A stretch of 64,000 bases of DNA, from positions 128,001 through 192,000 of the forward strand of contig CAWHTE010000005.1 of assembly GCA_963832165.1 (NCBI GenBank), given 5' to 3'. Below the pieces are notes generated by a model. The model ran no database searches. It saw only the letters and a list, made by a program, of their open reading frames with translations, and had not been told where the DNA came from. Shown here in pieces: positions 9,176-18,425 of this stretch (position 1 is its first letter; every line of letters starts with the position of its first letter). The DNA is from an uncultured delta proteobacterium. Its GTDB lineage: Bacteria > Myxococcota_A > UBA9160 > SMWR01. A program made the position numbers and the translations under genes.

Positions 9176-11782
9176 CTAGAACGTGAACACCACGTCGACG
9201 CCGTAGGTGCGCGGGTCGCCCACGTAGTGCAGCGTGGTCGAGAGGAACGTGGTGGCGTCGGCTCCGAGCTGGCGCACGGCTTTGTCCTCGATGTTGCGCA
9301 CCCAGACCGAGACGACCGGATTCTGCGTGGGCGGCGCGTACGAGAGCCGCGCGTTGTGCATCCAGTAGTCCTTCTGCGAGAACGTGTGCTTCGGCACGCG
9401 GAACGTCCCGTCGCCGCGCGGAATACCGCGCCCTTCCGTGACGTCGAAGAAGTTCTCCGACGTCCAGACGCCGTCGTAGCGCGGAATGATCGCGCCGTAC
9501 TTCCAGAGCGGAATCGCCTGCTCGAGCGAGAAGCTGACCTTGAACTGCGGAGAGTTGAGCAGCCGATTTCCCGTCGCGTCGACCTCGCGAACGACCGTCA
9601 CGACGGTATCGCCGATCGTCCGCTGCTCGACCTGCTGCTGGACGAAGTCCACGAAGTGGCTCTCGAGCCAGCTGCCGCGCACGTTCCAGAACGCGCCCGG
9701 CCACGGCTTCGCGACCAGGTCGAGCTCGGCGCCGTAGACCTCGGCGTTGTCCACGTTCAGCACCACGAACGCGGGCAGCGTGCCGAAGTCGGTCTCGATC
9801 GTGAACAGCTGGTAGTTCGAGTAGGCGTAGTAGAACAGCGAGAAATCGGCGTCGAGCATGCCGCCGAACCAGCTCGCCAGGAACCCGGTCTCGAACGCGT
9901 CGATCGTCTCGGGGTCCGCCACCGAAACCCCGTCGATCCGCGGCGGCGAGGTGGCGTTGTAGTGGCCGGCCTTCCAGCCGCGCGTGTACTTCCAGTACGA
10001 CCGCGCATCCTCCGTGAAGTTGTACGTGAGACGCAGCGTGCCGGTTGGCGCGTTCCACGCCTCGTCGGGGTTGAAGTAGGCAGGCCGGCGCTGGGCGCGC
10101 TCGGGTCCGTTGTTGAGGCCCGAGAGCGTCATCATCCGAAGCTCTTTCTGCTCCCAGTTCCAGCGCACGCCGCCGTCGATCACGAAGTCGTTCCAGAGAT
10201 CGCGCTCGAACTGCCCGTAGACGGCCCAGCTGCGGATCTGCTGCGAGTACTTGCGGCCCGAGATCAGGAACGCCGCCGTGTCCTGGCGCAGCGTGATGTC
10301 CTGGAGCGCGTTCAGGTCCTCGTACAGGAACAGCCCGCCGAACTCCCAGGTGGCCGGGTCGAAGTCGCCGAGGTCGCCCGAGAACGCTAAGTCCTGCGTG
10401 AGCTGATAGAGGTCGTCGTCCTGCGCGACCTCGGCCAGGACGGTCGGCGAGAAATCGAGGTCGACGTCGATCAGGCGGTCGTAGGTCGCGTAGCCCGTGA
10501 CCGTGCGCAGGTCGATGCCGTACGGCAGGTAGTACTCGCCGCGGATGTAGGTGGAGAGCACCTCGTTCCGGGTCGGACCGACCCGGTCGTAGTAGCCGAT
10601 GTAGGGCTCGTCATCGAGATTCTTCGCGAGATCCGACTCGTTCAGCTCGATCGCGATCGGCTGCAGCCGGTTCACACAGGCGCTGACGGTGATGTCGCAG
10701 TCGGCGACCTCGTGAAACCGCTTCAGCTGCATCAGCGCGACTTCGGGCTTCTTGTACCCGAGGATGTCGGTGCTGCCGAACGCCTGACCCGACGTGCCGT
10801 AGGCGTGTCCGAGCCGCGAGCGCTCGTGCAGCTTCGCGTACTGCACCCCCGCGAGAAACGAGCTGTCGAGGCCGGGCTCGAAGCGGAACGTGCTGCGCAA
10901 TGCGTAGACATGGCGGTCGTTCGCCTCATCGGGGAGCCCGGCCGGTACGTTGGGGGCCGAGCTGCTGAAGATGTTGAGGCCCGTGCCGCCGGGTGATATC
11001 GGAGGGACCCCTCGGATCTCGGTGGCACGGCACCGCGCGATCGGAATGCCCACGAACGGCCGCACGAACCCGATGCGCTCGGCGGCCAGCCCTCCGCAGC
11101 CGTTCTCGACGAAGCCGTCGCGATCGATGTAGCGGAACGCGAGGCGCGCTGAGAGGATGTCCTTCCAGATCGGCGCCTCGACGCCGCCCTGGTAGTCCTG
11201 GTAGTTGTAGTTGCCGGCCGTGGCGATCCCGAAGCCATTGAACTGCCCGGTCGGCTTGCGCGAGTAGAGCTTGATCGCGCCCGCGGAGGCGTTTCGCGCG
11301 AGGCCGGTCCCTTGCGGCCCGCGCAGCACGTTGACCGCCTCGACGTCGAAGATCGTCGGGAGCTGGAGCCCCTGTCCGGAGAGGTTCACGTCGTCCTGGT
11401 AGATCGCCACCGACGACACCGCGTTGGCGTTGAAGTCGTTGAGCCCCACGCCGCGGATGAAGAACGACGGCGTCGTCGCGCCCGACGAGACGATCTCCAA
11501 GTTCGGAGTGAACGCGGCGAGATCCTCGATGCTCTGCGCGCCGAGCGCCTGGAGATCGGCCGCGTTGAACGACGTGACCGAGTCGGCCGCCGTGAAATCC
11601 ATCGACCCCTGCGTCGTCCCGCGCACGACGATCTCTTCGACCTTCTGGCCGGGGGCTCGCGCCGCGCCGCCCGGCGGCTGTGTATCCGGCGTCTGTCCCT
11701 GAGCGGTCGGGGGCAGACCCGTGAGCACCACGGCGGCGGTGAGGATCGCCGCCGCAAGCGACGTCCCGAGCGATTTCGACAG
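9176..11782 (-). CDS. TonB-dependent receptor
   Basis: TonB-box-like EEIVVRG. Plug motifs FFIRGVG and VNVLRGPQG...GAI. C-terminus PRTYGVDVVFTF. Signal peptide suggests a start near CTG 11782 after AGGAAAGAGG. The upstream part of the 1359-aa ORF is a shadow of the opposite-strand genes. Confidence 0.92.
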   Translation of the reverse strand: MSKSLGTSLAAAILTAAVVLTGLPPTAQGQTPDTQPPGGAARAPGQKVEEIVVRGTTQGSMDFTAADSVTSFNAADLQALGAQSIEDLAAFTPNLEIVSSGATTPSFFIRGVGLNDFNANAVSSVAIYQDDVNLSGQGLQLPTIFDVEAVNVLRGPQGTGLARNASAGAIKLYSRKPTGQFNGFGIATAGNYNYQDYQGGVEAPIWKDILSARLAFRYIDRDGFVENGCGGLAAERIGFVRPFVGIPIARCRATEIRGVPPISPGGTGLNIFSSSAPNVPAGLPDEANDRHVYALRSTFRFEPGLDSSFLAGVQYAKLHERSRLGHAYGTSGQAFGSTDILGYKKPEVALMQLKRFHEVADCDITVSACVNRLQPIAIELNESDLAKNLDDEPYIGYYDRVGPTRNEVLSTYIRGEYYLPYGIDLRTVTGYATYDRLIDVDLDFSPTVLAEVAQDDDLYQLTQDLAFSGDLGDFDPATWEFGGLFLYEDLNALQDITLRQDTAAFLISGRKYSQQIRSWAVYGQFERDLWNDFVIDGGVRWNWEQKELRMMTLSGLNNGPERAQRRPAYFNPDEAWNAPTGTLRLTYNFTEDARSYWKYTRGWKAGHYNATSPPRIDGVSVADPETIDAFETGFLASWFGGMLDADFSLFYYAYSNYQLFTIETDFGTLPAFVVLNVDNAEVYGAELDLVAKPWPGAFWNVRGSWLESHFVDFVQQQVEQRTIGDTVVTVVREVDATGNRLLNSPQFKVSFSLEQAIPLWKYGAIIPRYDGVWTSENFFDVTEGRGIPRGDGTFRVPKHTFSQKDYWMHNARLSYAPPTQNPVVSVWVRNIEDKAVRQLGADATTFLSTTLHYVGDPRTYGVDVVFTF

Positions 11783-11836
11783 GGGGCGCGCCTCTTTCCT
11801 GGGCCCGAGCCGCTCGATTGCGTCTTCGGGTGTGGA

Positions 11837-11850
11837 GTGTGGTAATGCTA
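11837..11850 (+). promoter_or_regulatory. Conserved motif GTGTGGTAAT(G/C)CTA, 7 nt before the ATG of the OM beta-barrel gene
   Basis: The same 13/14 nt motif and the same spacing occur at 36635-36648 before the paralog. Confidence 0.5.
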
Positions 11851-11857
11851 AGCGCCC

Positions 11858-12892
11858 ATGCTCCCGCGGGTCAATCATCTTCTCGCGCACCCGATCGGCT
11901 TCTGCATGCTCATGGCGACCCTGTGGCTCACCGCACCGGCTGCACGTGCCCAGGAAGCAGCACTGTTCGCCGACGACCGCTGGATTCCCTCGCTCGCGAT
12001 CACGAGCGGCGCGATCTGGGGACGCCAACACGCAACTGTGTCGTCCGACTGCCGCGTTCCCGGCAGCGAGGCGCCCACGTCGTGCGATCCCGCGGAGCCG
12101 GACTACGGCAGCGTGCTGCGCGAAGGCGACAGCGACGACGAGCGGATCGTGACGCCCTATGTCGGCGGAAATCTCTCGCTGATGGCTCCCGCGTTCCCCG
12201 TGCTGGGCCGGCCGCGCCTGTTCGCGGGCGTCGAGCTGCCGTACCAGTTCGGGATCGACCGCAACGTCGCGCAGAAGCAGCGGCCGACCGGGCTGCGCGA
12301 GCCCGACAATCCCGGCGTGACCGAGGCACTCGACGAGACCTCGCTGCTCGGCCAGGGCAGCCGGACGCGCTCCGAGGTCCAGGGGCTCACCTTCGGCGCG
12401 AACGCGGGAGTCTCGTTCGCGTTCGAGGCGTTCCGGCGCCAGTTCCGCTTCCGGTCCGCGGTCAACTACCTCCGCATGGAGATCGACCTGCGCGGGCGTG
12501 TCGAAAGCCCGCTCTGCGTCAACAATCACCCGAGCGACGCGACGCGCGACACCTGTGATCTCGATGGCATCCAGTTTACCGGCACGGACGGCTTCACGCG
12601 CATCGTCACGCTGAAGGCCCACGACGCGCAGTGGTTCGACGGCGTGGGCCCGAGCTTCGACCTCGAGATGGATACGGGGCGCTTCGGACCCTACCTGCTC
12701 TCGCTCTTCCTCACGGGCGGCGGCTACTACGTGTTCAGCGACCGCGACATGGCGCTCTCCACGACGAGCACGATCGGGCCGGATACGCTCGGCGATCCCG
12801 TCGATTACCACGCAGACTTCACGTTTCGCGTGAATCCGTGGCTGTTCCGCGCCGGGCTCGGGCTGCGCTTCTCGTGGGTTGGCTACGACTAG
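11858..12892 (+). CDS. Putative outer-membrane beta-barrel protein
   Basis: Signal peptide ending ARA-Q. Alternating amphipathic strands. C-terminus WLFRAGLGLRFSW. Paired Cys in loops. Paralog at 36656-37729. Confidence 0.7.
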   Translation: MLPRVNHLLAHPIGFCMLMATLWLTAPAARAQEAALFADDRWIPSLAITSGAIWGRQHATVSSDCRVPGSEAPTSCDPAEPDYGSVLREGDSDDERIVTPYVGGNLSLMAPAFPVLGRPRLFAGVELPYQFGIDRNVAQKQRPTGLREPDNPGVTEALDETSLLGQGSRTRSEVQGLTFGANAGVSFAFEAFRRQFRFRSAVNYLRMEIDLRGRVESPLCVNNHPSDATRDTCDLDGIQFTGTDGFTRIVTLKAHDAQWFDGVGPSFDLEMDTGRFGPYLLSLFLTGGGYYVFSDRDMALSTTSTIGPDTLGDPVDYHADFTFRVNPWLFRAGLGLRFSWVGYD

Positions 12893-15260
12893 CCGCCGGG
12901 AGATCGCGTCGCCCGCGCTGATCGTGCACGCGGCGGCGCTCGCGGTCGTGGGCGCCGTGCTGGTCGCCGCTGCGCAGCCGCTTCTCGCCGAGGACACGTG
13001 GTGGCACCTCGCGATGGGGCGCGCGTACGCCGAGTCCGGACCGTGGCTCGGCGCGGACCCGTTCCTGTTCACGGCGGCAGGTCCCCCGGCGCCTGCCGCC
13101 TGGGCGAGCGACCTCGCGCTGCACGCGGTGGAGCGCGTGCTCGGCTTCACGGGGCTGCGCGCGCTCCAGGCGATCCTCGTCGCAGCAATCCTCGGCCTGG
13201 CTTGGCGAGCGCTCTGGCGCGCGTCGCAATCGCGCGTGTTCGCGAGCCTCGGCACCGCGCTGTTCGCGGCACTCGCGGCCTATCGCCTGTTCCAGCTGCG
13301 CCCCGAGCTCGTGACGCTGCTCGCAACGGTCGTGTTGCTGGGCGCGCTGGCGCGCCCGCCGAGCGCGGCGCGGCCGCTCGCGCGACTCGCAGCCACGGCG
13401 CTCGGATTCGCGCTGTGGGCGAACGCGCACGGCGGCTTCGTGCTCGGACTCGCCCTGCTGGGTGCGGCGGCACTGGCCGCCGCGCTCGCGGCGCTGCGCG
13501 CCGCCGCGCCGCCCGAGACGATCGCGCGCGCGCGGCAGCTCGGCGCCGCGTTCGGCGCGGCACTCGTCGGCTCGCTCGCGAACCCGCTCGGAGTGCGCGC
13601 GCACGCGCTCTACTTCGCGGCGGGCGGCGGCGCGACACCCGAGCTTTCGTGGATCGCCGACGAGTGGTCGCCGGTGCGGCTGCTCGCGCTGCCGGTGGCG
13701 AACCTGCCGCCGAGCGCGACGAGCTGGGCGATCGTGTGGGTGCTCTGGGTCGCCACGCCTGCCGCGCTGTGGCTGCACGTACGCGCTCGGCGGGCGGCGC
13801 GCACGTCGGTCCCGCTCGATCCCGCGCTATTCGCGGTCGCCGCGATCTCGCTCGTGGCGATGCTCGCGGCCGTTCGGCTCGTGTGGCTCGGGATCGCGCC
13901 GCTGCTCGCGGTCGGACAGGTCGCGCGCGCACTCGGTTCGGACCCGGCCGCGCGTCGCGCGTGGGCGTGGGCCGGCGTCGCTGCGGCGCTGCTGCTCGCG
14001 CCCGCGTTCGCGCGGCTCGGCGACTGGCCGATGATCTCGCGCGGGATCCATCCCGCCGTCTATCACCGCCCCTACCCGCCCGAGAAGTTCCACGCCCACG
14101 CCGTGTGGTTCATGAGTGATGCCCAACTCGAGGGTCGGCTCTGGAACGACTATCAGAGCGGAAACTTTCTTGGCTACTGGCTCTCACCGCGCCTGCAGGT
14201 GTTCGTGAACGGCTCGCTCAACGTGCCCGCCGCCGTGATGGGCGACGGCACCGCGATCCGCGCGCGCACGGGCCGACCCGGCGAGCGAGACTTCGCGGAC
14301 CTGCTCGATCACCATGCCATCGACGTGTTCTTCGCGACGGGCGATCCGAGCATCCCGCGAGCCAATCAGCCCGAACGCTACACCACAGCGCATCTCGAGA
14401 ATACACGCGGCTGGCTCACGGTATTCCGCAACGTCGACAGCGCGGTCTATCTGCGCGCCGACGAGCGCAACCGCGCGAATCTCGAGCGCGTCACAGCCTA
14501 CTACGCTCGCGAGCGCATTCCGTTCGACCCAGGGCTCGGCTTCGACGCGCAGGCGGTCATCACGGCGTCCCCGGGCTGGGCCGCCGCGCACGGTCTCCTG
14601 CCCACCGATTGGCGCGAGCTCGATGCGGCGGCGGGCTCGCCGCACGCCGCAGAGCGCGTTTCCGCGCGCGCGCGCCTCGCCACGCTCTACGCGCTGCTCG
14701 GCCTGTACGAGCAGTCCGCTGCGATCGATCGCGAGCTTCTGCACGAGCGGCCGCGGTCGCTGTTCGCGGCGCGGCGGCTCACCTGGACGGCGCTCCATCG
14801 CCTCCGCGGTGCGGAGCTCGACGCCGCCGTGGACGCGCTCGAGGCGCTCACCCCCGCTCCGGGCACGCTCGCGAATGCGCTCGTCGAGGCAGCGCACATC
14901 GTCCCCACCCTCGACGACGAAGCCGCGCGTGCGCTCGTGGCGCATCTGCCGCTGTTCACTGAGTTCGAGTCGGGTCAGACGCTCGCGGCATTCATGGCTC
15001 CACCGCCGCGTCGTCGTCCTCGGCCTCCTCGGGCTCATCGCGCTTTCGCTCCCCGCGCGCGGCTCTGCGCGCTTCGTCCGCAGCCGCGTCGACCAGCCAC
15101 GACGCGCCCGCGGGCGGCCGCTTGCCCGCCACCAGCGCCTGCGCGTTGCGCAGACCCGCGGCACAGCGCTGGATGCCGATCGGAGCGATGCCGCAGCGCT
15201 GCCAGAAGTCCAGCAGGCGATTCGCGTCGAACGGAGCGGCATGCGAGTAGTACGCGATGA
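12879..15260 (+). CDS. Polytopic membrane protein, putative GT-C-fold glycosyltransferase-like (DxWWHLxxG family)
   Basis: About 11-13 hydrophobic segments. Motifs EDTWWHLAMGR, LRPELVT, LWANAHGGF, NPLG, EWSP. Soluble C-terminal domain. The 3' end past ~15000 is uncertain. Confidence 0.65.
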   Translation: MATTSRREIASPALIVHAAALAVVGAVLVAAAQPLLAEDTWWHLAMGRAYAESGPWLGADPFLFTAAGPPAPAAWASDLALHAVERVLGFTGLRALQAILVAAILGLAWRALWRASQSRVFASLGTALFAALAAYRLFQLRPELVTLLATVVLLGALARPPSAARPLARLAATALGFALWANAHGGFVLGLALLGAAALAAALAALRAAAPPETIARARQLGAAFGAALVGSLANPLGVRAHALYFAAGGGATPELSWIADEWSPVRLLALPVANLPPSATSWAIVWVLWVATPAALWLHVRARRAARTSVPLDPALFAVAAISLVAMLAAVRLVWLGIAPLLAVGQVARALGSDPAARRAWAWAGVAAALLLAPAFARLGDWPMISRGIHPAVYHRPYPPEKFHAHAVWFMSDAQLEGRLWNDYQSGNFLGYWLSPRLQVFVNGSLNVPAAVMGDGTAIRARTGRPGERDFADLLDHHAIDVFFATGDPSIPRANQPERYTTAHLENTRGWLTVFRNVDSAVYLRADERNRANLERVTAYYARERIPFDPGLGFDAQAVITASPGWAAAHGLLPTDWRELDAAAGSPHAAERVSARARLATLYALLGLYEQSAAIDRELLHERPRSLFAARRLTWTALHRLRGAELDAAVDALEALTPAPGTLANALVEAAHIVPTLDDEAARALVAHLPLFTEFESGQTLAAFMAPPPRRRPRPPRAHRAFAPRARLCALRPQPRRPATTRPRAAACPPPAPARCADPRHSAGCRSERCRSAARSPAGDSRRTERHASSTR

Positions 15261-17922
15261 ACTGCTCGGTCGCCTTCCATGCGACGCGGGGCCGGATCCG
15301 GGGTCTATCGGTCGTCGCCGCGGGCTCGAAGAACCACGAGAGCTGGCGCACGAGCCGGGGCCCATTCTCGCCCGGCAGCCGGCCGAGGAAACGCCGCAGC
15401 GCGGGCGTACCCGGGTTTGCGCGGAACCACTGCGTCGCGAGCGCTCCGCACGTGCTCGCCTCGCACGCCTCCGCCGTGATCTGAGCCCGGAGCGGCTCGG
15501 GAACCATGCCGTCGAAACGCGCGAAATAACGGCGCACGAGCGAGTTCTCCGCGCCCGCACGCGCGGCCGCGCCATAGCCCGTGAACGGCAGCCACCCCGA
15601 ATTTCCGATCAGGAACGCACGGCCGGCCTCGTGCGACAGCCGCGGGTGATAGAGCGAGTGCACGGGCCCCTCGAGCGCAGCGCCGTGCACGACGCCGAGC
15701 GGGAGTGTCTCGTGCGCGAGCAGCTCACCGAGCTCCGACAGCTCGATCCTCGCGAACGCAGCGCGGAAATCCGGCTGCGCAAATCGCGCCTCGACGCGCG
15801 CGAGGTCGAGCGCCGAGGCCCCGTCCCGGAAGCCCAGCAGCAGGATGTCGGCGAAGTTCACCGACCAGACCGCGACGTGATCGAACACGGATGCGTAGGT
15901 CCGCAGCACGAGCTCGATCGCCTCCGGGCTCGTCTCGTAGAGGTGGTACCACTGGCCGTACACGCCTTGCGGAGTGAGCCGGTCGCGCGCCTCGGCGAGG
16001 AACTCGCGCGAGAACAGCATCTCCACTCCCGTGACCCATGGATTGCTGGGCTCCGATACGATCACGTCGAACTGGCGCCGCTGCTTCTGCAGCGCTCGAT
16101 ACGCGTCGCTGCGCACGATCCGGATCTTCGGGTGGGTCGTGACTCCGCCGTTCGTCTCGTCGAAATAGGGGGCCGCGTCGATCACGCCGCGCGAGATCTC
16201 GGCCACGGTCACGCTCTTCGACTCGTCGAGCGCGGCGAGCTCGCCGGCTGACACCCCCATGCCGAAGCCGATCACGAACGCGTTCTCCGCGCGGCCTGCG
16301 AACAGCGCCGGAACCAGCGCCGCCATCGCCATCGTCGAGTAGTCCAGGTCGCTGTTCCCGTCGGATTTCCCGTTCACGAAGATGCTGCGCGAATCCTTAC
16401 CCGCGATCGCAATGTTCAAGACCGCGACCGAGCTGTTGGGATCGTCGTCGTAGGAGAGCGGCTTCTCCCATTCGTGCTGCGGCATCGCCGACGGGCCCGA
16501 GTAGGTCCATGCTTCGGGCTTGCGCTCACGGAACGTCCCCGCAATCAGGTAGGCGACGTCCCAGGCCCGAAACGATCCCACGAACAGCAGCGACACGAGC
16601 AGCAGCGCTCCCGCGCCCAGCAGACCGATCCGCGGCAGCTCCCGCAGCGTCGCGATCGCCGCCGCGAGCGCGAGCGCAGCGACCCCCACGCGATAGACCT
16701 GGTGCAGGTCGAGCCAGTAGAACAGTGCATATCCGCCGATCAGCGCGCCCGCGAGCGATCCGAGCGTGTTGATGCTGTAGAGCCGGCCCGCCTGTCCGCC
16801 GAGGTCGCCCACCTCGCGCCGCAAGGCGTGGAAGAGCAGCGGAAGTACCGCACCCGAGAGCACCACCGCGGGCCCGAGCGCGAGCCAGAGCAGAGCGAAC
16901 GCCGAGGCGTAGTAGACGGGAAAGATGGCGTCCACGTCGCGGAACAGCGAGCGCAGCACGTGCGTCCAGTACGGTCCAGTCTCGAGTGCGAAGTAGAGCG
17001 CGGCAAATGATCCCCAGAGCAGCCACAGGACCGCGATCAGCACCCCGCGCCCGATGCGCGGCAGCGCCGAGACCGCGAAGCTCCCGAGCGCGATGCACGA
17101 CACGAACACCGAGACGACCATCGAGAACGTGTATTCCGAGGATCCGAACGAGAGTCCCGCGACGCGGATCGCGACCGTCTGCAGCACCATCATCGCGAAG
17201 CCCACGAGCAGCGCGACCGCGCCGTAGGTGGCCGCGGCGCCGCGCGGCAGCTGCACAGGCGCACCCGGCTCGAGCACGGCGAGCTCGCGGCGCTTAGCAC
17301 CGAGCAAAGCGAGCGCCGCCCCGGCCGCGAGGTTCACGGCTCCCGCCGCATACAGCATCCCCTCGAGTCCGAGCCAGCGCAGCAGCACGAAGCCGGTCGC
17401 GAGGGCACCTGCAAACGCGCCGGCGGTGTTGGAGGCGTAGACGAGCGCGTGCAGCCGCGTCGCATCGGCGAGGTTTCGCGCGAGCGCCTGAGTCAGGATC
17501 GGAATCGTCGCGCCCATGAGCATCGCGGGCGGCACGATCAGCAACGCCGAGAGCGCGATGTCGACCGCGAATGCGAAGCCGCCGTCTCCGGTCGGGAGCC
17601 ACACGGAGGCGCTGCGCACGACCGGGAACAGCGATGGGAACGCGAGCGCCCACAGCCCGATGCTCGCCTCCACCACACCATAGACTGCGAGCAGCGGCGC
17701 GGGCCTCCCGCTGCGCTCGCCGCGCGCCACGAGCGTTCGCGCGAGCGCGCCGAGCGCCCAGTAGCCGAGCGAGAGGCCGCCCAGGAACAGGCCGAGCACC
17801 GCGGCCGTCGCCTCGCTATGCGCGCCGAGCAGGATCCCGAGGTACTTCTGCCAGGTCACCTCGTAGGCGAGCCCGGTGAAGCCCGTGATGGCGGTGAGCG
17901 CGAGGACGAGCCAGCGCAGCAT
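14992..17922 (-). CDS. Fused MFS-like membrane domain / spermidine-synthase-like SAM-binding domain (subtype A)
   Basis: Two repeated TM blocks (GFTGLAYEVTW; LYSINTLGSLAG). SAM motif VIGFGMG. Also NGKSDG and DVIVSEPSNPW. Confidence 0.88.
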   Translation of the reverse strand: MLRWLVLALTAITGFTGLAYEVTWQKYLGILLGAHSEATAAVLGLFLGGLSLGYWALGALARTLVARGERSGRPAPLLAVYGVVEASIGLWALAFPSLFPVVRSASVWLPTGDGGFAFAVDIALSALLIVPPAMLMGATIPILTQALARNLADATRLHALVYASNTAGAFAGALATGFVLLRWLGLEGMLYAAGAVNLAAGAALALLGAKRRELAVLEPGAPVQLPRGAAATYGAVALLVGFAMMVLQTVAIRVAGLSFGSSEYTFSMVVSVFVSCIALGSFAVSALPRIGRGVLIAVLWLLWGSFAALYFALETGPYWTHVLRSLFRDVDAIFPVYYASAFALLWLALGPAVVLSGAVLPLLFHALRREVGDLGGQAGRLYSINTLGSLAGALIGGYALFYWLDLHQVYRVGVAALALAAAIATLRELPRIGLLGAGALLLVSLLFVGSFRAWDVAYLIAGTFRERKPEAWTYSGPSAMPQHEWEKPLSYDDDPNSSVAVLNIAIAGKDSRSIFVNGKSDGNSDLDYSTMAMAALVPALFAGRAENAFVIGFGMGVSAGELAALDESKSVTVAEISRGVIDAAPYFDETNGGVTTHPKIRIVRSDAYRALQKQRRQFDVIVSEPSNPWVTGVEMLFSREFLAEARDRLTPQGVYGQWYHLYETSPEAIELVLRTYASVFDHVAVWSVNFADILLLGFRDGASALDLARVEARFAQPDFRAAFARIELSELGELLAHETLPLGVVHGAALEGPVHSLYHPRLSHEAGRAFLIGNSGWLPFTGYGAAARAGAENSLVRRYFARFDGMVPEPLRAQITAEACEASTCGALATQWFRANPGTPALRRFLGRLPGENGPRLVRQLSWFFEPAATTDRPRIRPRVAWKATEQFIAYYSHAAPFDANRLLDFWQRCGIAPIGIQRCAAGLRNAQALVAGKRPPAGASWLVDAAADEARRAARGERKRDEPEEAEDDDAAVEP

Positions 17923-17940
17923 CGCGAACCGTGGGTGCGC

Positions 17941-18357
17941 TTAGAACTCGCCGAGCGGTCGCGAGTAGAAATACTCGCCGGGCTCGCGCACGAAACGCTC
18001 GTAGGCGTCGCCCATGCTCTCTTTGCCGTTCGGCGCCGTCATGATCACGGCGGGCACATACAGCAGCGCGCCGGCCACCAATGTGATCGCGGCCATCGGT
18101 CGGATCAGCACCAGATCGATCCCGATGTCCGTGTTGTGGACCACGGGGGTGTACCAGTGCTTCTCGGCCGGTGCCGGGGCTTCCTCGCCCTCGGCCTCTT
18201 CCGCGGTGGTCCCCTCTTCCGCGGTCGTTTCAGCCGCGGTCTCCTCTGCGGGGGTCTCCTCGTCCGCCGCCCATCCCGGAGCGGGCACGAGCAGACCTGC
18301 GACCAGCAGCGCGGCGGCGATCCGGCGCACCGGGCTCGGCGGGGTCGATTGGCGCAT
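17941..18357 (-). CDS. Small exported/membrane hypothetical protein with acidic linker
   Basis: Signal peptide ending GWA-A, then an Glu/Ala/Thr-rich linker, then the hydrophobic hairpin DLVLIRPM...FYSRPLGEF. TAAGCT -10 lies 8 nt before ATG 18357. Confidence 0.7.
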   Translation of the reverse strand: MRQSTPPSPVRRIAAALLVAGLLVPAPGWAADEETPAEETAAETTAEEGTTAEEAEGEEAPAPAEKHWYTPVVHNTDIGIDLVLIRPMAAITLVAGALLYVPAVIMTAPNGKESMGDAYERFVREPGEYFYSRPLGEF

Positions 18358-18425
18358 GCGCGGCCAGCTTACCAGAAAGGCGACCGGGTCGAGTGGGAAA
18401 TGCACGGTGATATCCTCGCGAAACC

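Noticed and set aside
11783..13255. N-terminal 490-aa extension of the 1359-aa TBDR ORF
   Set aside because: It is an antisense shadow of the barrel and GT-C-like genes. The signal peptide and TonB box begin near 11782.
14992..15260. 269-bp convergent overlap as a functional dual-coding region
   Set aside because: The plus-strand tail is Arg/Pro-rich junk-like sequence, more likely read-through from a lost stop or an indel.
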